Shown one piece after another: positions 37,499 to 50,449 of a DNA stretch of 64,000 nt. The DNA lies in assembly GCF_963921235.1 (NCBI RefSeq), contig NC_086097.1:250978001-251042000 (forward strand), read 5' to 3'. Every line of letters begins with the position of its first letter. Within the stretch, counting starts at the first letter, position 1. The notes beneath the pieces are model-generated. The model saw nothing but the letters and a program-made list of their open reading frames with translations. It was not told where the DNA came from and did not search any database. Position numbers and translations under genes: made by a program. The stretch is from Mobula hypostoma. Its lineage: Eukaryota.

Positions 37499-39992
37499 CA
37501 TAGAAACATAGAAACATAGAAAATAGGTGCAGGAGTAGGCCATTCGGCCCTTCGAGCCTGCACCGCCATTTATTATGATCATGGCTGATCATCCAACTCA
37601 GAACCCAGCCTTCCCTCCATACCCCGTGACCCCTGTAGCCACAAGGGCCATATCTAACTTCCTTTTAAACATAGCTAATGAACTGGCCTCAACAGTTTGC
37701 TGTGGCAGAGAATTCCACAGATTCACCACTCTCTGTGTGAAGAAGTTTTTCCTAACCTCGGTCCTAAAAGGCTTCCCCTCTATCCTCAAACTGTGACCCC
37801 TCGTTCTAGACCTCCCCAACATCGGGAACAATCTTCCCGCATCTAGCCTGTCCAATCCCTTTAGGATCTTATACGTTTCAATCAGATCCCCCCTCAATCT
37901 TCTAAATTCCAACGAGTACAAGCCCAGTTCATCCAGTCTTTCTTCATATGAAAGACCTGCCATCCCAGGAATCAATCTGGTGAACCTTCTTTGTACTCCC
38001 TCTATGGCAAGGATGTCTTTCCTCAGATTAGGGGACCAAAACTGCACACAATACTCCAGGTGTGGTCTCACCAAGGCCTTGTACAACTGCAGTAGTACCT
38101 CCCTGCTCCTGTACTCGAATCCTCTCGCTATAAATGCCAGCATACCGTTCGCCTTTTTCACCGCCTGCTGTACCTGCATGCCCACTTTCAATGACTGGTG
38201 TATAATGACACCCAGGTCTCGTTGCACCTCCCCTTTTCCTAATCGGCCACCATTCAGATAATAATCTGTTTTCCTATTTTTGCCACCAAAGTGGATAACT
38301 TCACATTTATCCACATTAAATTGCATCTGCCATGAGTTTGCCCACTCACCCAACCTATCCAAGTCACCCTGCATCCTCTTAGCATCCTCCTCACTGCTAA
38401 CACTGCCACCCAGCTTCGTGTCATCCGCAAACTTGGAGATGCTGCATTTAATTCCCTCATCCAAGTCATTAATATATATTGTAAACAACTGGGGTCCCAG
38501 CACTGAGCCTTGCGGTACCCCACTAGTCACCGCCTGCCATTCTGAAAAGGTCCCGTTTATTCCCACTCTTTGCTTCCTGTCTGCTAACCAATTCTCCACC
38601 CACACCAATACCTTACCCCCAATACCATGTGCTTTAAGTTTGCACACTAATCTCCTGTGTGGGACCTTGTCAAAAGCCTTTTGAAAATCCAAATATACCA
38701 CATCCACTGGTTCTCCCCTATCCACTCTACTAGTTACATCCTCAAAAAATTCTATGAGATTCGTCAGACATGATTTTCCTTTCACAAATCCATGCTGACT
38801 TTGTCCGATCATTTCACCGCTTTCCAAATGTGCTGTTATCACATCCTTGATAACTGACTCCAGCAGTTTCCCCACCACCGACGTTAGGCTAACCGGCCTA
38901 TAATTCCCCGGTTTCTCTCTCCCTCCTTTTTTAAAAAGTGGGGTTACATTAGCCACCCTCCAATCCTCAGGAACTAGTCCAGAATCTAACGAGTTTTGAA
39001 AAATTATCACTAATGCATCCACTATTTCTTGGGCCACTTCCTTAAGCACTCTGGGATGCAGACCATCTGGCCCTGGGGATTTATCTGCCTTCAATCCCTT
39101 CAATTTACCTAACATCACTTCCCTACTAACATGTATTTCGCTCAGTTCCTCCATCTCACTGGACCCTCTGTCCCTTACTATTTCTGGAAGATTATTTATG
39201 TCCTCCTTAGTGAAGACAGAACCAAAGTAATTATTCAATTGGTCTGCCATGTCCTTGCTCCCCATAATCAATTCACCTGTTTCTCTTTGCAGGGGACCTA
39301 CATTTGTCTTTATCAGTCTTTTCCTTTTTACATATCTATAAAAGCTTTTACAGTCCGTTTTTATGTTCTCTGCCAGTTTTCTCTCATAATCTTTTTTCCC
39401 CTTCCTAATTAAGCCCTTTGTCCTCCTCTGCTGAACTCTGAATTTCTCCCAGTCCTCAGGTGAGCCACTTTCTCTGGCTAATTTGTATGCTACTTCTTTG
39501 GAATTGATACTATCCCTAATTTCTCTTGTCAGCCACGGGTGCACTACCTTCCTTGATTTATTCTTTTGCCAAACTGGGATGAACAATTGTTGTAGTTCAT
39601 CCATGCAACCTTTAAATGCCTGCCATTGCATATCCACCGTCAATCCTTGAAGTGTCATTTGCCAGTCTATCTTAGCTAATTCATGTCTCATACCTTCAAA
39701 GTTACCCCTCTTTAAGTTCAGAACCTTTGTTTCTGAATTAACTACGTCACTCTCCATGTTAATGAAGAATTCCACCATATTATGGTCACTCTTACCCAAG
39801 GGGCCTCTCACGACAAGATCGCTAATTAACCCTTCCTCATTGCTCAAAACCCAGTCCAGAATAGCCTGCTCTCTAGTCGGTTCCTCGACATGTTGGTTCA
39901 AAAAACCATCCCGCATACATTCCAAGAAATCCTCTTCCTCAGCACCTTTACCAATTTGGTTCACCCAGTCTACATGTAGATTGAAGTCACCC
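37499..39992 (-). mobile_element. Young CR1 LINE, 5'-truncated within the endonuclease, with an uninterrupted ORF2 remainder
   Basis: Single open frame from MGDFN to the stop at 37598 (about 800 codons); (catagaaa)n tail. Confidence 0.97.
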
Positions 39993-40350
39993 ATGTTGTC
40001 ATTGGAGAGAATCCAGGAGAAGGTTGACAAGGATGATTCCAGGATTGAAGGGGTTAACATATGAGGAGTATTTGACAGCTTTGGGCCTGTACTCACTGGA
40101 ATTTAGAAGAATGCCGGGGGGGGGAGGGGGGGAGGGGGGGTGGGTGGATCCCGAATGTTGAAAGGACTAGATAAGGTGAATGTGGAGAGGATGTTTCTTA
40201 TGGTGGGGGTGCCCAGAATAGAGGGCACAGCCTCAAAATTGAGGGGCAACCTTTTAGAAAGAAGTACGGAGGAACTTTTAGCCAGAGTAGTGAATCTGCC
40301 GAATGCTCTGTCACAGACAGCTGGAGAGGCAAAGACCATAGTATATTGAT

Positions 40351-40932
40351 TGATGCCCTGGCCAATTAGGAAACCTCTGGCTAAAAGAATAATTGGGACT
40401 GAATAGGAATTTTTGAACTGAAGTAAACTCTGCCTTCAGCAGCCAGCTAAGACAGGCTCATTACCAATTCTCTCTGGCTTGCAGAGAGACATTGAGAGTT
40501 TGATAACATTGTACATTGTACCCTCATTTGAGTAGGGGAAGAAGGACTCACCAATAACGACAAGAATGAACATCCATCTGTCATTAAGTCAGGGCCTAGC
40601 AAAGGGAATAACTGATAAGGACTGGACAACTCATCCATCTGTAATTAAGTCTTGAGCTGGCAGACTCTCTTATCTGTAACTAAGTTTCGCACCAACAGAC
40701 TTGGTGGGCGTACCAGTTCAAATAACATCTTGCAACAGTAATGTATGGGGCTTACTATGTATAAATATACAGCTGTAACCTGAGGGAGCAGGCCCACTTG
40801 TCGGATGGTGGCAGTACTTACGTGCCTTCCCTTTGACAACTGGGTCTCAAACTCCTGCAGGAGGGTGCACAATAAACTGTGGTAACTATAAGAAGCAGGT
40901 CTCCCGAGTTTTATTCAGATTCGACTTTAATA
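40351..40932 (+). mobile_element. Probable solo LTR (ERV-like) inserted in a CR1 3' end
   Basis: Starts TG; duplicated 20-mer at 40571 and 40632; TATAAATA at 40760; AATAAA at 40871; interrupts a CR1 3' end. Terminal CA and TSD are not clean. Confidence 0.6.
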
Positions 40933-42584
40933 TAAGGATATGTCGAGAAGGCAGGTGTATGGGGTTGAGTGAGATATGGGATCAGTCAAGGTGGAATGGT
41001 GAAGCAGACAATGGGCTGAAGGTCTAATTCTGCTCCTGTGTCTTGTGGATCTTTGCCAACTCACCTATTACTCAAATCGATCCACTGATGATACAATAAC
41101 CTCTGACCCTCACTCTGTTCTGTCCCACCTGGAAAATGGGGTCTTATATGCCAGGCTGCAGTTTATAGACTTCAGTTCAGCTTTCAACACCATCATACCC
41201 CAGAAACTAGTGGGGAAACTGTCCTCTCTGGGTCTCAGCACTTCCCTCTGCAACTGGATCTCCTTGTGCATTTCACAGGAGAACCATTGAGAGCTTCCTG
41301 ACAAGTTGCATCTCCAAATGGTATGGGAGCGGTTGAGCATCAGACCAGAAGTCCCTACAAGGGGCTATGAGAACAGCTGAGAGGATCACAGGGGTCTCCC
41401 TACCATCCATCGGGAACCTTTGTATGTAGCTAAATGACAATAAACTTTACATGACTACAAAGTAATCTAAAATAGCAAAAGAGTCGAGGGAACACACACC
41501 TATCCTGAGCCCATCATATTGATGCAATTATGAAGAAAGCATGCCAGTGTGTTAGGATACATGGGTTTTGGCTAAAAAGATGGAAGGGGTCGCTTAGCAC
41601 TTTAGTGCAAGGGTGTTTATTCAATACGTGAAAAATCAAACTTAGAAATATTAGCGAAAATATTAAAAAGAAAACTGACAATATTTACAAAAAGATACCT
41701 ACCGGAAAACACAACAACAGCTCCGTACTTTGTCCAGTGTGAATCCCAAGCAGCTCGATCTCTCTCTGCTACTGAGAGGGAACCATATCGATTTCTTTTT
41801 TAGCCACCAGGACATACCATCTTTAACTACCCACAAAGTTAACTTAATACTACACATGAATCAGAATATGATGCTCTCAACAATGTAGTTAGAATCAAAT
41901 TACTGTACAAAATAAACAGAAGTATCTACCTTAAACACACTTACGCATACCCATTGCTAAAGAAATGGAATATTCCACCGTGTTTGCCAGGAAAGGCACC
42001 ACAAAGCCAACCCCTTTAGGGCCCATTATTAGAGTATACCAGGGAAGGGAAGGCATTGAAATGTGCATACTCAGCGCAATGACTGCACCATGACAAGGCA
42101 GTGTGTGTGTGTGTGTGTGGGGGGGGGGGGGAGGTGGATGCACTAGCCTCCCATCGAGGAGATCTGCAAAAGGTGATGCCTTAACAAGTAACAAGGTGGC
42201 ATCCGTCATTCTGGAGCCTCACCACCCAGGACATGTCCTCTTCTCATTGTCACCGTCAGAGAAGAGGTACAGGAGCCCGAAGACACACAGACAACATCTT
42301 AGGAATGGTTTCTTCTCCTTTGTCCATTCAGAAAAACAATGAACCCATGATATCTCACTATTTTAACTCTCTTTTTGCATTATTCATGTAATTTTGTATA
42401 CATTTCTTAAAGTTTTTTTTAGATTATGAGGACACGCAGTCCTCCTTTATTGTCATTTAGTAATGCATGCATTAAGAAATGATACAATATTCCTCCGGTG
42501 TGATATCACAGAAACACAGGACAGACCAAGACTGAAAAACTAACAAAAAAAATTTATACAGTAATTTTGTATACCTCTATTATG

Positions 42585-45500
42585 ACCATAAGACATAGGA
42601 GCAGAATTAGGCCATTTGGCCCATTTAGTCTTCTCCATCATTTCATAATGGCTGATCCAATTTCCCTCTCAGCCCCAATCTCCTGCCTTCTCCCTGTACC
42701 CTTTCATACTTGACCAATTAAGAATCTATCAATCTCTGCCTAAAATATACATAAAAACTTGCCCTCCACAGCTGCCTGTGGCAAAGAATTCCATAGATTC
42801 ACCATTCTCTGGATAAAGAAATTGTTCCTCATCTCCATTCTAAAAGAACATCCCTCTATTCTGAGTCTGTGTCCTCTGGTCTTAGACTCTATCACCATAG
42901 AAAACATCCTCTCCACATCCACTCTATCAAAGCATCTCACCATTCGATAGGTTTCAATGATGTCACTCCTCATTCTTCTGAATTCTAGTAAATACAGGCC
43001 CAGAGCCATCAATGCTCTTCATGTGACAAGCTGTTCAAACCTGGAATTATTTTTGTGAACCACCTTTGAACACTCTCCAGTTTCAGCACATCCTTTATAA
43101 GATAATAGGGGCCAAAGCTGCTCACAATACTCCCAGAGAGGCTTCACCAGTGTTTTGTGAAGTCTTAACATTACATCCTTGCTTTTATATTCTATTCCTC
43201 TTGAAATGAATACTAACATCGCATTTGCTTTCCTCACCACAGAATCAACCTGTGAATCAACCTTTAGGAAATCTTGCACAAGGATTCCTAAGTCCCTCTG
43301 TGCCACAGTTTTTTAAAAAAAGTTTTCTCCATTCAGAGAATAGTCAACCCTTTCATTTCTTCTAATCAAGTGCTTAACCATGCACTTCCCAACACTGTAT
43401 TCCATCTGCCACTTCTTTGCCCATTCTCATAATCTGTCGAAGTCCTTCTGTAGCCTCTCTACCTCCTCAAAACTACCTGCCCTTCCACCTATCTTTGTAT
43501 TGCCTGCAGAATTTACAAAAAAGCCATCAGCTCCATCATCCAACTCACTAACATATAATGCAAGAATAATCAATCCCAACACAAACCTGTGGAACACCAC
43601 TAGTCACCGGTGGCCAACCAGAAAAGTTCCCCTTAGTCCCACTATATGTCTCCTGCCAGTCAACCACTGCTTTATCCATGCTAGAACCTTCCTTGTAATA
43701 CCATGGGCTCATAGCTTGCTCAGGAGCCTCACGTGTGGCACCTTGTCAAAGGCTTTCTGAAAATCCAAATACATCAACTGATTCTCCTTTGTCTATCCTG
43801 CTCATTTTTCCTTCAAAGAATCCCAACAGATTTTTCAGGCAAGATTTTCCCTTGAGGAAACCATTCTGACTATAGCTTATTTTATCATGCGCCTCCAAAT
43901 ACCCCGAAACCACATCCTTAACAATCGACTCCAACATCTTCCTAACCACTGAGGTCAGACTAACTGGCTCATAATTTCCCTTCTTCTCCCTTCTTGAAGA
44001 GTGGAGTGACATTTGCAATTTTCTAGTCTTCAGGGACCATTCCAAAATCTAGTGATTCTTGAAAGATCAGTACTAATGGCTCCTTGACCTCTTTCAGAAC
44101 CCTGGAGTGTATGTACACCATCTAGTCCAGGTGACTTATCTACCTTCAGTTTCCCAAGAACCGTCTCTCTACAAATGGTAACTTTACACACTTCATGACC
44201 CCTGACACCTGGAACTTACACCATACGGCTATTGTCTTCCACAGTGAAGACAGACGCAAAATACTTATTCATTTCATCCACCATTTCCTTGTCCCTATTG
44301 CTACCTCTCCGGCATCGTTTTCCAGCGGCCCAATATCCACTCTAACCTCCGTTTTACACTTTATGTATCTGAAGTAACTTTTGGTATCCTCTTCAATACT
44401 TTGTATTCCATTTTTACCTTTTTAATTACTTTTTTAGTCGCCTTCTGTTGGTATTTGAAAGCTTCCCAATCCTCTAACTTCCACTAATTTTTGCTCTAAT
44501 ATATGCCCTCTCTTTGGCTTTTATGTTGGTTTTGAATACTCTTGTTAGCCATGGTTGTGTCATCTTTCCTTTAGAATATTTCTTCCTCTTTGGGATGTAT
44601 ATATACTGTGCCTTCAGAATTGCCTCCACAAATTCCTGCCATTGCTGTTCTGTTGTCATCCCTGTCAGTGTTTTTTCACCAATCAATTCTGGCCAACTCC
44701 TCTCTCATGCCTCTGTAATTTCCTTTACTCCATCATAATACTGATACATCTGACTTTAGCTTCTCCTTCTCAAATTTCAGGGTGAATTCCTTCATGTTAT
44801 GACCACTTTCCTCTAAGGACTCTTTTACCGTAAGCTCTCTAATCAATTCCGGTACATGGCACAACACCCAATCCAGAATAGGTGATTCTCTGGTGGGCAT
44901 AACCACGAGCTGCTCTAAAAAGCCATCTCCTAATCACTCTAGAAATTCCTCCTCCTACAAACCAGCACAAACCTGATTTTCCCAGGCTACCTGCATATCG
45001 AAGTTCCCCATGACTATTGTAACATTGCCCTTTTGGGATGCATTTTCTATCTCCCTTTGTAATTTGTAGGTAAAATCCTCACTACTATTTGGGGGTCTGT
45101 ATAAAGCTCCCATCAGGATCTTTTTACCCTTGCAGTTCTTTAGTTCTATCCACAATAATTCAACACCTTCTGACCCTATGTCACTTCTTTCATTTTTTAC
45201 CACCCTCTCTGCTTTCCTGCCTATCATTTCATACAATCTGTATCCTTGGACATTAAGCTCCCAACTATAACCTTTCAGCATCATTCCTGCCAATCTGTAA
45301 CTGTGCTACAAGTTCATCTACCTTATTCCATATACTGTGTGCATTCAAATACACCTTCAGTTCTGTATTCACCCTTTTCGATTTTGTCCCATCATACTCA
45401 ACCTTTTGATTCCAAAATTTGTCTGAGGTCAGCCTCCACTAACTGTTCTAGCACTCTGGTTCCCATCTGCCTGCAACTCTAGCTTAAACCCCACCATGCA

Positions 45501-46290
45501 GCATTAAGAAACGTTCCTGCTAGGAAAACAGTGCTCCTCCATTTCAGGTGCAAACCGTCCCTTCTGTAACAGGTCCCACCTTCGCTTGAAGAGAGCGCAA
45601 TGATCCAAAAATCTTAAGCTCCTATAATCTTTCTAGTTCTAGCCTCACAGGGATGTGGCATGGATAGAAATCCTGAAATCACAACCCTGGAGGTCCTGCA
45701 TTTTAACTTAGCACCTAGCTCCCTGAACTCCTTATGCAGAACCTCGTCATTTGTCCTGGACCATGACTTTTGGTTGATCACCCTCCCACTTAAGAACACT
45801 GAGGGCTCGATCTGATATCCCAGACCCTGGCTTCCGGGAGGCAACACGCCATCAGGGAATCTCGTTCTTTCCCACAGAACCCCCTGTCCATTCCCCTAAC
45901 TAACAAATCCTCCATCACAACGGCGTGCCTTATATAAAGTTGAGCAGATATAAAGAAGAGAAGGAAAAACTTGAGATTTTCTTTCTTTTGTTCTGTCTGA
46001 GTGAAGCTTCTCTTCTCTGAGGCCTCGAAGAGCTAAAGCCTCAAGATCACCACTCTATGTCCACTCAGATGATGGCTGCTGTGCTTGTTCCTGCCTTCCT
46101 TTAACTTGCTCTTCCTAATCAATCCCAAATGCCAGTTGGCTGCTGATCAAAGCTCTATCACACTGCCGCAAACCGCTCCTGCCTTTTATCCTCGGGCAGT
46201 GGACCTGTTTGAAGTCCCTTCCTCTCCAAACTTCCCATGTCCGGATTGGCCACTGGTCAAAGCTCTTAAACTTTCTCTCATATCCAAACA
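42585..46290 (-). mobile_element. Degenerate near-full-length CR1 including an ORF1 esterase-like remnant
   Basis: ORF2 fragments 42740-45293; 45614-45847 VLHKEFRELGAKLKCRTSRVVISG resembles the CR1 ORF1 SGNH region; (ccataaga)n tail at ~42585. Confidence 0.85.
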
Positions 46291-46532
46291 TCAAAAGCCA
46301 AGCACAGAGGATGAATGAGGTTTAGTGCAAGTTAAAACATACACATCAAGTTCACAGAATGCAGAACAAAGACCACCCAAGCTGTGCATCATTTAGAGAG
46401 CTGGGATGCAGTATCCACAGTCAACCCAGACCAAAGGAGGTCCTTAAACCTCCTGTTTTCGACCCCTCCTCTAAGAAAAAAAAGACCCTCCTATATTGCC
46501 CAGTGTGATTATTTCCAATACTTTATGAATTT

Positions 46533-47136
46533 ACATGTGGTGACCACTTTATTTTGTAAATTCTGTACCTAATAAAGTGGCCACTAAGTATTTTTATGCA
46601 TGTTCATTCAGAGATGCTCTTTTTGCACACCACTGTTGTAACACGTGGTTATTTGAGTTACTGTTGCCTTCCTGTCAGCTTGAACCAGTCTGACAATTCT
46701 CCTCAGACCTCTCTCATTAGAAAGGCATTTTCACCCACAGAACTGCTCCTCACTGGCTATTCTTTGTTTTTCACACCATTCTCTGTAAGGGGTTCCCAAA
46801 CTTTTTTTATGCCATGGAGTCTTACCATTAACTGAGGGGTCCATGGACCCCAGGTTGGGAACCCCTACTCTAAAGACTGATGTGCGTGAAAATCCCAGGA
46901 GATCAGCAATTTCTGAGATACACAAATCACCCTGTCTGGCACCAACAGTCCTTCCACGTTCAAAGTCATTTAGATCACATTTCTTCCACATTCTGATGTT
47001 TGGTCCAAACAACAACTAAAGCTCTTGACCATGTCTGAATGCCTTTATGCATTGAATTGCTACCACCTGATTGCCAGATGAGATATTTGTATTATCAAGC
47101 AAGAGCACAGTATACCTAATAAAGTGGCCACTGAAT
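46533..47136 (-). mobile_element. Non-autonomous Tc1-like element with a nested ~80-bp hAT-like MITE (46788-46867)
   Basis: acctaataaagtggccact TIR motif; KKCDLNDFERGRTVGARQGDLCISEIADLLGFSRTSVFRV HTH, resuming YREWCEKQ after the insert aggggttcccaa...ttgggaacccct. Confidence 0.8.
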
Positions 47137-47504
47137 ATATTCAATTGTAGCCAAATCATAGATTAAGCATTTAAACACCATGTGAGAAAAAGTGGGAGAA
47201 GACAATGTTACAGAAGATGAAATAGACAGTCTTATGATGGTAGAGAAATGCAATCTCAAATTCATCTTGTGGGTGAATAAAAAGCCAAGGCTGCAAAGTC
47301 TGATTTAGTTACAGGCAGTTTCCAGAGAGGGATGGAGTCAGTGAGAATTAAAACTCCACCTCCACCCACTAACCCACCCCTCAGCACCTCCAGCACCACT
47401 ATTTAATCAATTCCTGTCAGAGACACCTTATGTACAGATAATCCTGTGGCTATTTGGGGACCCAATCAATCATTGCATTAAAGCTATCTTATACATTGTA
47501 CATT

Positions 47505-50445
47505 ACATCAGGAAGGGAGACAGATGAATGGAAATTATAGGCAGGTTAGGCTGATCTCAGTAGTTGGGAAGACATTGGAGTCGATTATTAAGGATCAGGT
47601 TTCAGAGTGCTTGGATAAAATAGGCCAAAGTCAGCAAGGCTTCCTTAAGGGAAAATCTTGTCTGACAAACCTGTTAGAACCTATTGAATGTTAACAAATC
47701 TTGATAGAGTGGATGTGGAGAGGATGTTTCCAATGGCGAGGGTGTCTAGGATCGGAGGGCACAGCCTCAGAATAGAGAGATGTCCATTTAGAACAGAGAT
47801 GGGGAGTAATTTCTTTAGCCAGAGGGTGGTGAATCTGTGAAATTCATTGCTACAGGCAGCTGTGGAGGCCTGATCACTGGGTGCATTTAAGGCAGAGGTT
47901 GATAGGTTCTCGATTAGTCAGGGCATGAAAGGTTATGGGGAGAAGTCAGGAGAATGGAGTGGATAGTGAAATGGATCAGCCGTGATGAAATGGCGGAGCA
48001 GACTCGATTGGCTGAATGACCTGCTCCTCTGTCCTAAGGTCTTACATTTTTATATTTATTGTGTTTATTTATTATTATTGTTTTTGTTTAGCTGCTTATT
48101 ATTCGGAGTGACAATTATTTTGTTCTCCTTTACAGTTGTGTATTAGAAATGAAATAATCTTGAATCATAAATTAAGTTTATGGTAGAAACTGAAGCCAGA
48201 GGCTTAGTCTTCATGATAGTAAGTTGGAGGCAAATGTTTCATCTCTACTGGTTCCTTGAGGTCTGAGCACCATCTACTGGTCAGACATGGTAGAATATTC
48301 TATTTACCTGATTCAACAATGAGTCACAGAGGCACAGACCACTACAGCACAGAAACAGGCCCTTCAGCTTATCTAGTCCGTGCTGAACCATTAATCTTTC
48401 TCGTCCCATCAACTTCCACCCAGACCATAGCCCTCCATGACCCTCCTACCCATACACCTTTCCAAATTTCTCTTAAATGTTGAGATTAAACTCTCATTCA
48501 CCGCTTGCGCTGGCAGTTCATACCACACTCTCACCAACTTCTGAGGGAAGATGTTTCCCCTCATGTTCCCCTTAAACATTTCACCTTTCACCCTTAACCC
48601 ATGACCTCTAGTTCCAGTTGCACCCGACGTCAGTGGAAAAAGCCTGCTTGCATTTTCCCTGTTTATACCCCTATCATTTTGTATACCTCTGTCAAATCTC
48701 CCCTTGTTCTCCTACGCTCCAGGGAATATAGTCCTAACCTACTCAACCTTTCCATATAACTCAGGTACTCAAGGTTCTGGCAAAATCCTTGTATATTTTC
48801 GCAGCACGATGCTTGAACTAGTCTCTTCTGCATCTTGTCTAAAGTTTCTCCATCCTCCCTGTAAACTTGCTAAAGTTTTTACAAAGTAGAATATTCTTTT
48901 TCCTGGTGCAGATTCAACAATGCATATGAAACTCAACACATTCTGTTTGAGGTAGCATGCTAGGTAGCTATTTCATCCCCCACCTTAAACATTTTCTTGT
49001 TCTATCATCACAAACTATGTCTGCATTGTAAAACTCTGACAAAATGCGATGCAGCAACTTACATAGCAGTAACTTACATAACTACAGCACAGTCCAGGTT
49101 CCTCGCTCACAATGTTGTGCCAAACTTTTAACCTACTCCAAGATCAAACTAACAGTTCCCTCCTACATAACCTTCAATTTTCTATCATCCACGTGCCTGT
49201 CAAGAGTTTCTCAAAAGCCCCAATGTATCTGCCTCTACCACCACTCCTGGCAGGGTGTTCTGTGCATCCACTGCTCTCTGCATGAAAAAAAACCTACTTC
49301 TGACATCCGCCGCCCTATACTTCCCTCCAATCATCTTAAAATTATGCTCACTGTATTAGTCATTTCCGCCCTGGGAAAAGGTTTTGGCTGTCCACTTAGT
49401 CTACATCTCTCATCATCCTGAATACCTCTTATTCTCCTTCGTTCCAAAGAGAAAAACCTTAGCTCACTCAACCTGCCCTCATAAGACATGCTCTCCAATC
49501 CAGCACCATTATGATAAATCTCCTCTGCACCCTCTCCAAAGCTATCACATCCTTCCTAGAATGAAAAGATGCTCTTCAGAAATGGGTGAAGTTCCACTTA
49601 GCTAATTTGTTGAGCATGGGGTGAAGCGTTTCAGCTAAAAGCATCCACTATTTACTCCTCTCCATAGATATTTCCTGACCTGTTGAGTTCCTCCGGCAGT
49701 TATCTGGATTTCCAGCATCTGCAGAATCTCTTGTTTTTATATTGTTCCTGAAACATTGAGTGAGGGTCTTCAGTTCGTAAAATGATCCTCTCAGGTTGTT
49801 TCTTTACAGAATCTTAACTTTTAATGAGATGTCTTGGGGCCCTTTCTGGCCTGTGCTGGGGATTGTCAGCATGTATATAATAGCAGAGATCTATCCATTC
49901 TGGATAATTGGTAAAACTTTTAACTATGATCCTCACAGCCTGTTGTGTGCAGTTTGGCAACTACCTACAGGGCAGGTGTAAATAAGGTTGAAAGAGCACA
50001 GAGAAAATTTACAGGTATTTTGTTGGGTCTATAAGGAAATTTTGCATAAGTTAGGAGTTTGTTCCTTGCAACATAGAAGACTGAGAGGAGATATGATAGA
50101 GGTACACAAAATTATGAGGGATATCAATAGGGTAGATGCAAGCAGGCTTTTTCCACTGAGGTTGGGTGGGGCTACAACCTGACGTTGTGAGTTAAGGGTG
50201 AAAGGTGAAATGTTTAAGGGGAGCATGAGGAGGAACTTCGTCATTCAGACATTGGTGAGAGCGTGGAACAGGCTTCCAGAGGAAGAGGTAGATGTGTGTT
50301 CGGTTTCAACATTTAAAAGAAATTTGAATAGGTACACGGATGGCAGGGGTACAGAGGATGCAAATTGATGGGATTAGGCAATTGAAATGGCTCGGTGTGG
50401 ACTAGATGGGCTGAAGGGCCTCTTTCTGTGCTGTACATTTTTATG
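47505..50445. mobile_element. Several short CR1 fragments (47505-48045 +, 48330-48790 -, 49065-49570 -, 49960-50445 +)
   Basis: CR1 ORF2 C-terminal motifs and 3' UTRs. Confidence 0.75.
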
Positions 50446-50449
50446 ACTC

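Larger units (their letters stand above)
34130..41045 (+). mobile_element. Old plus-strand CR1 split into pieces (34130-34735, 36833-37500, 39993-40350, 40933-41045) by later insertions
   Basis: ORF2 motifs resume across each insertion (LDFQ|KAFDKVPRMR; LRKD|MLSLERIQ; then 3' UTR). Confidence 0.8.

Noticed and set aside
39993..40096. First ~34 aa of the 832-aa ORF
   Set aside because: Read-through from the antisense strand of the older host CR1, not part of the inserted element.
41548..41856. Possible solo LTR (also 25172-25354)
   Set aside because: TG...CA ends and an antisense AATAAA are present, but there is no matching TSD or second copy in the window.
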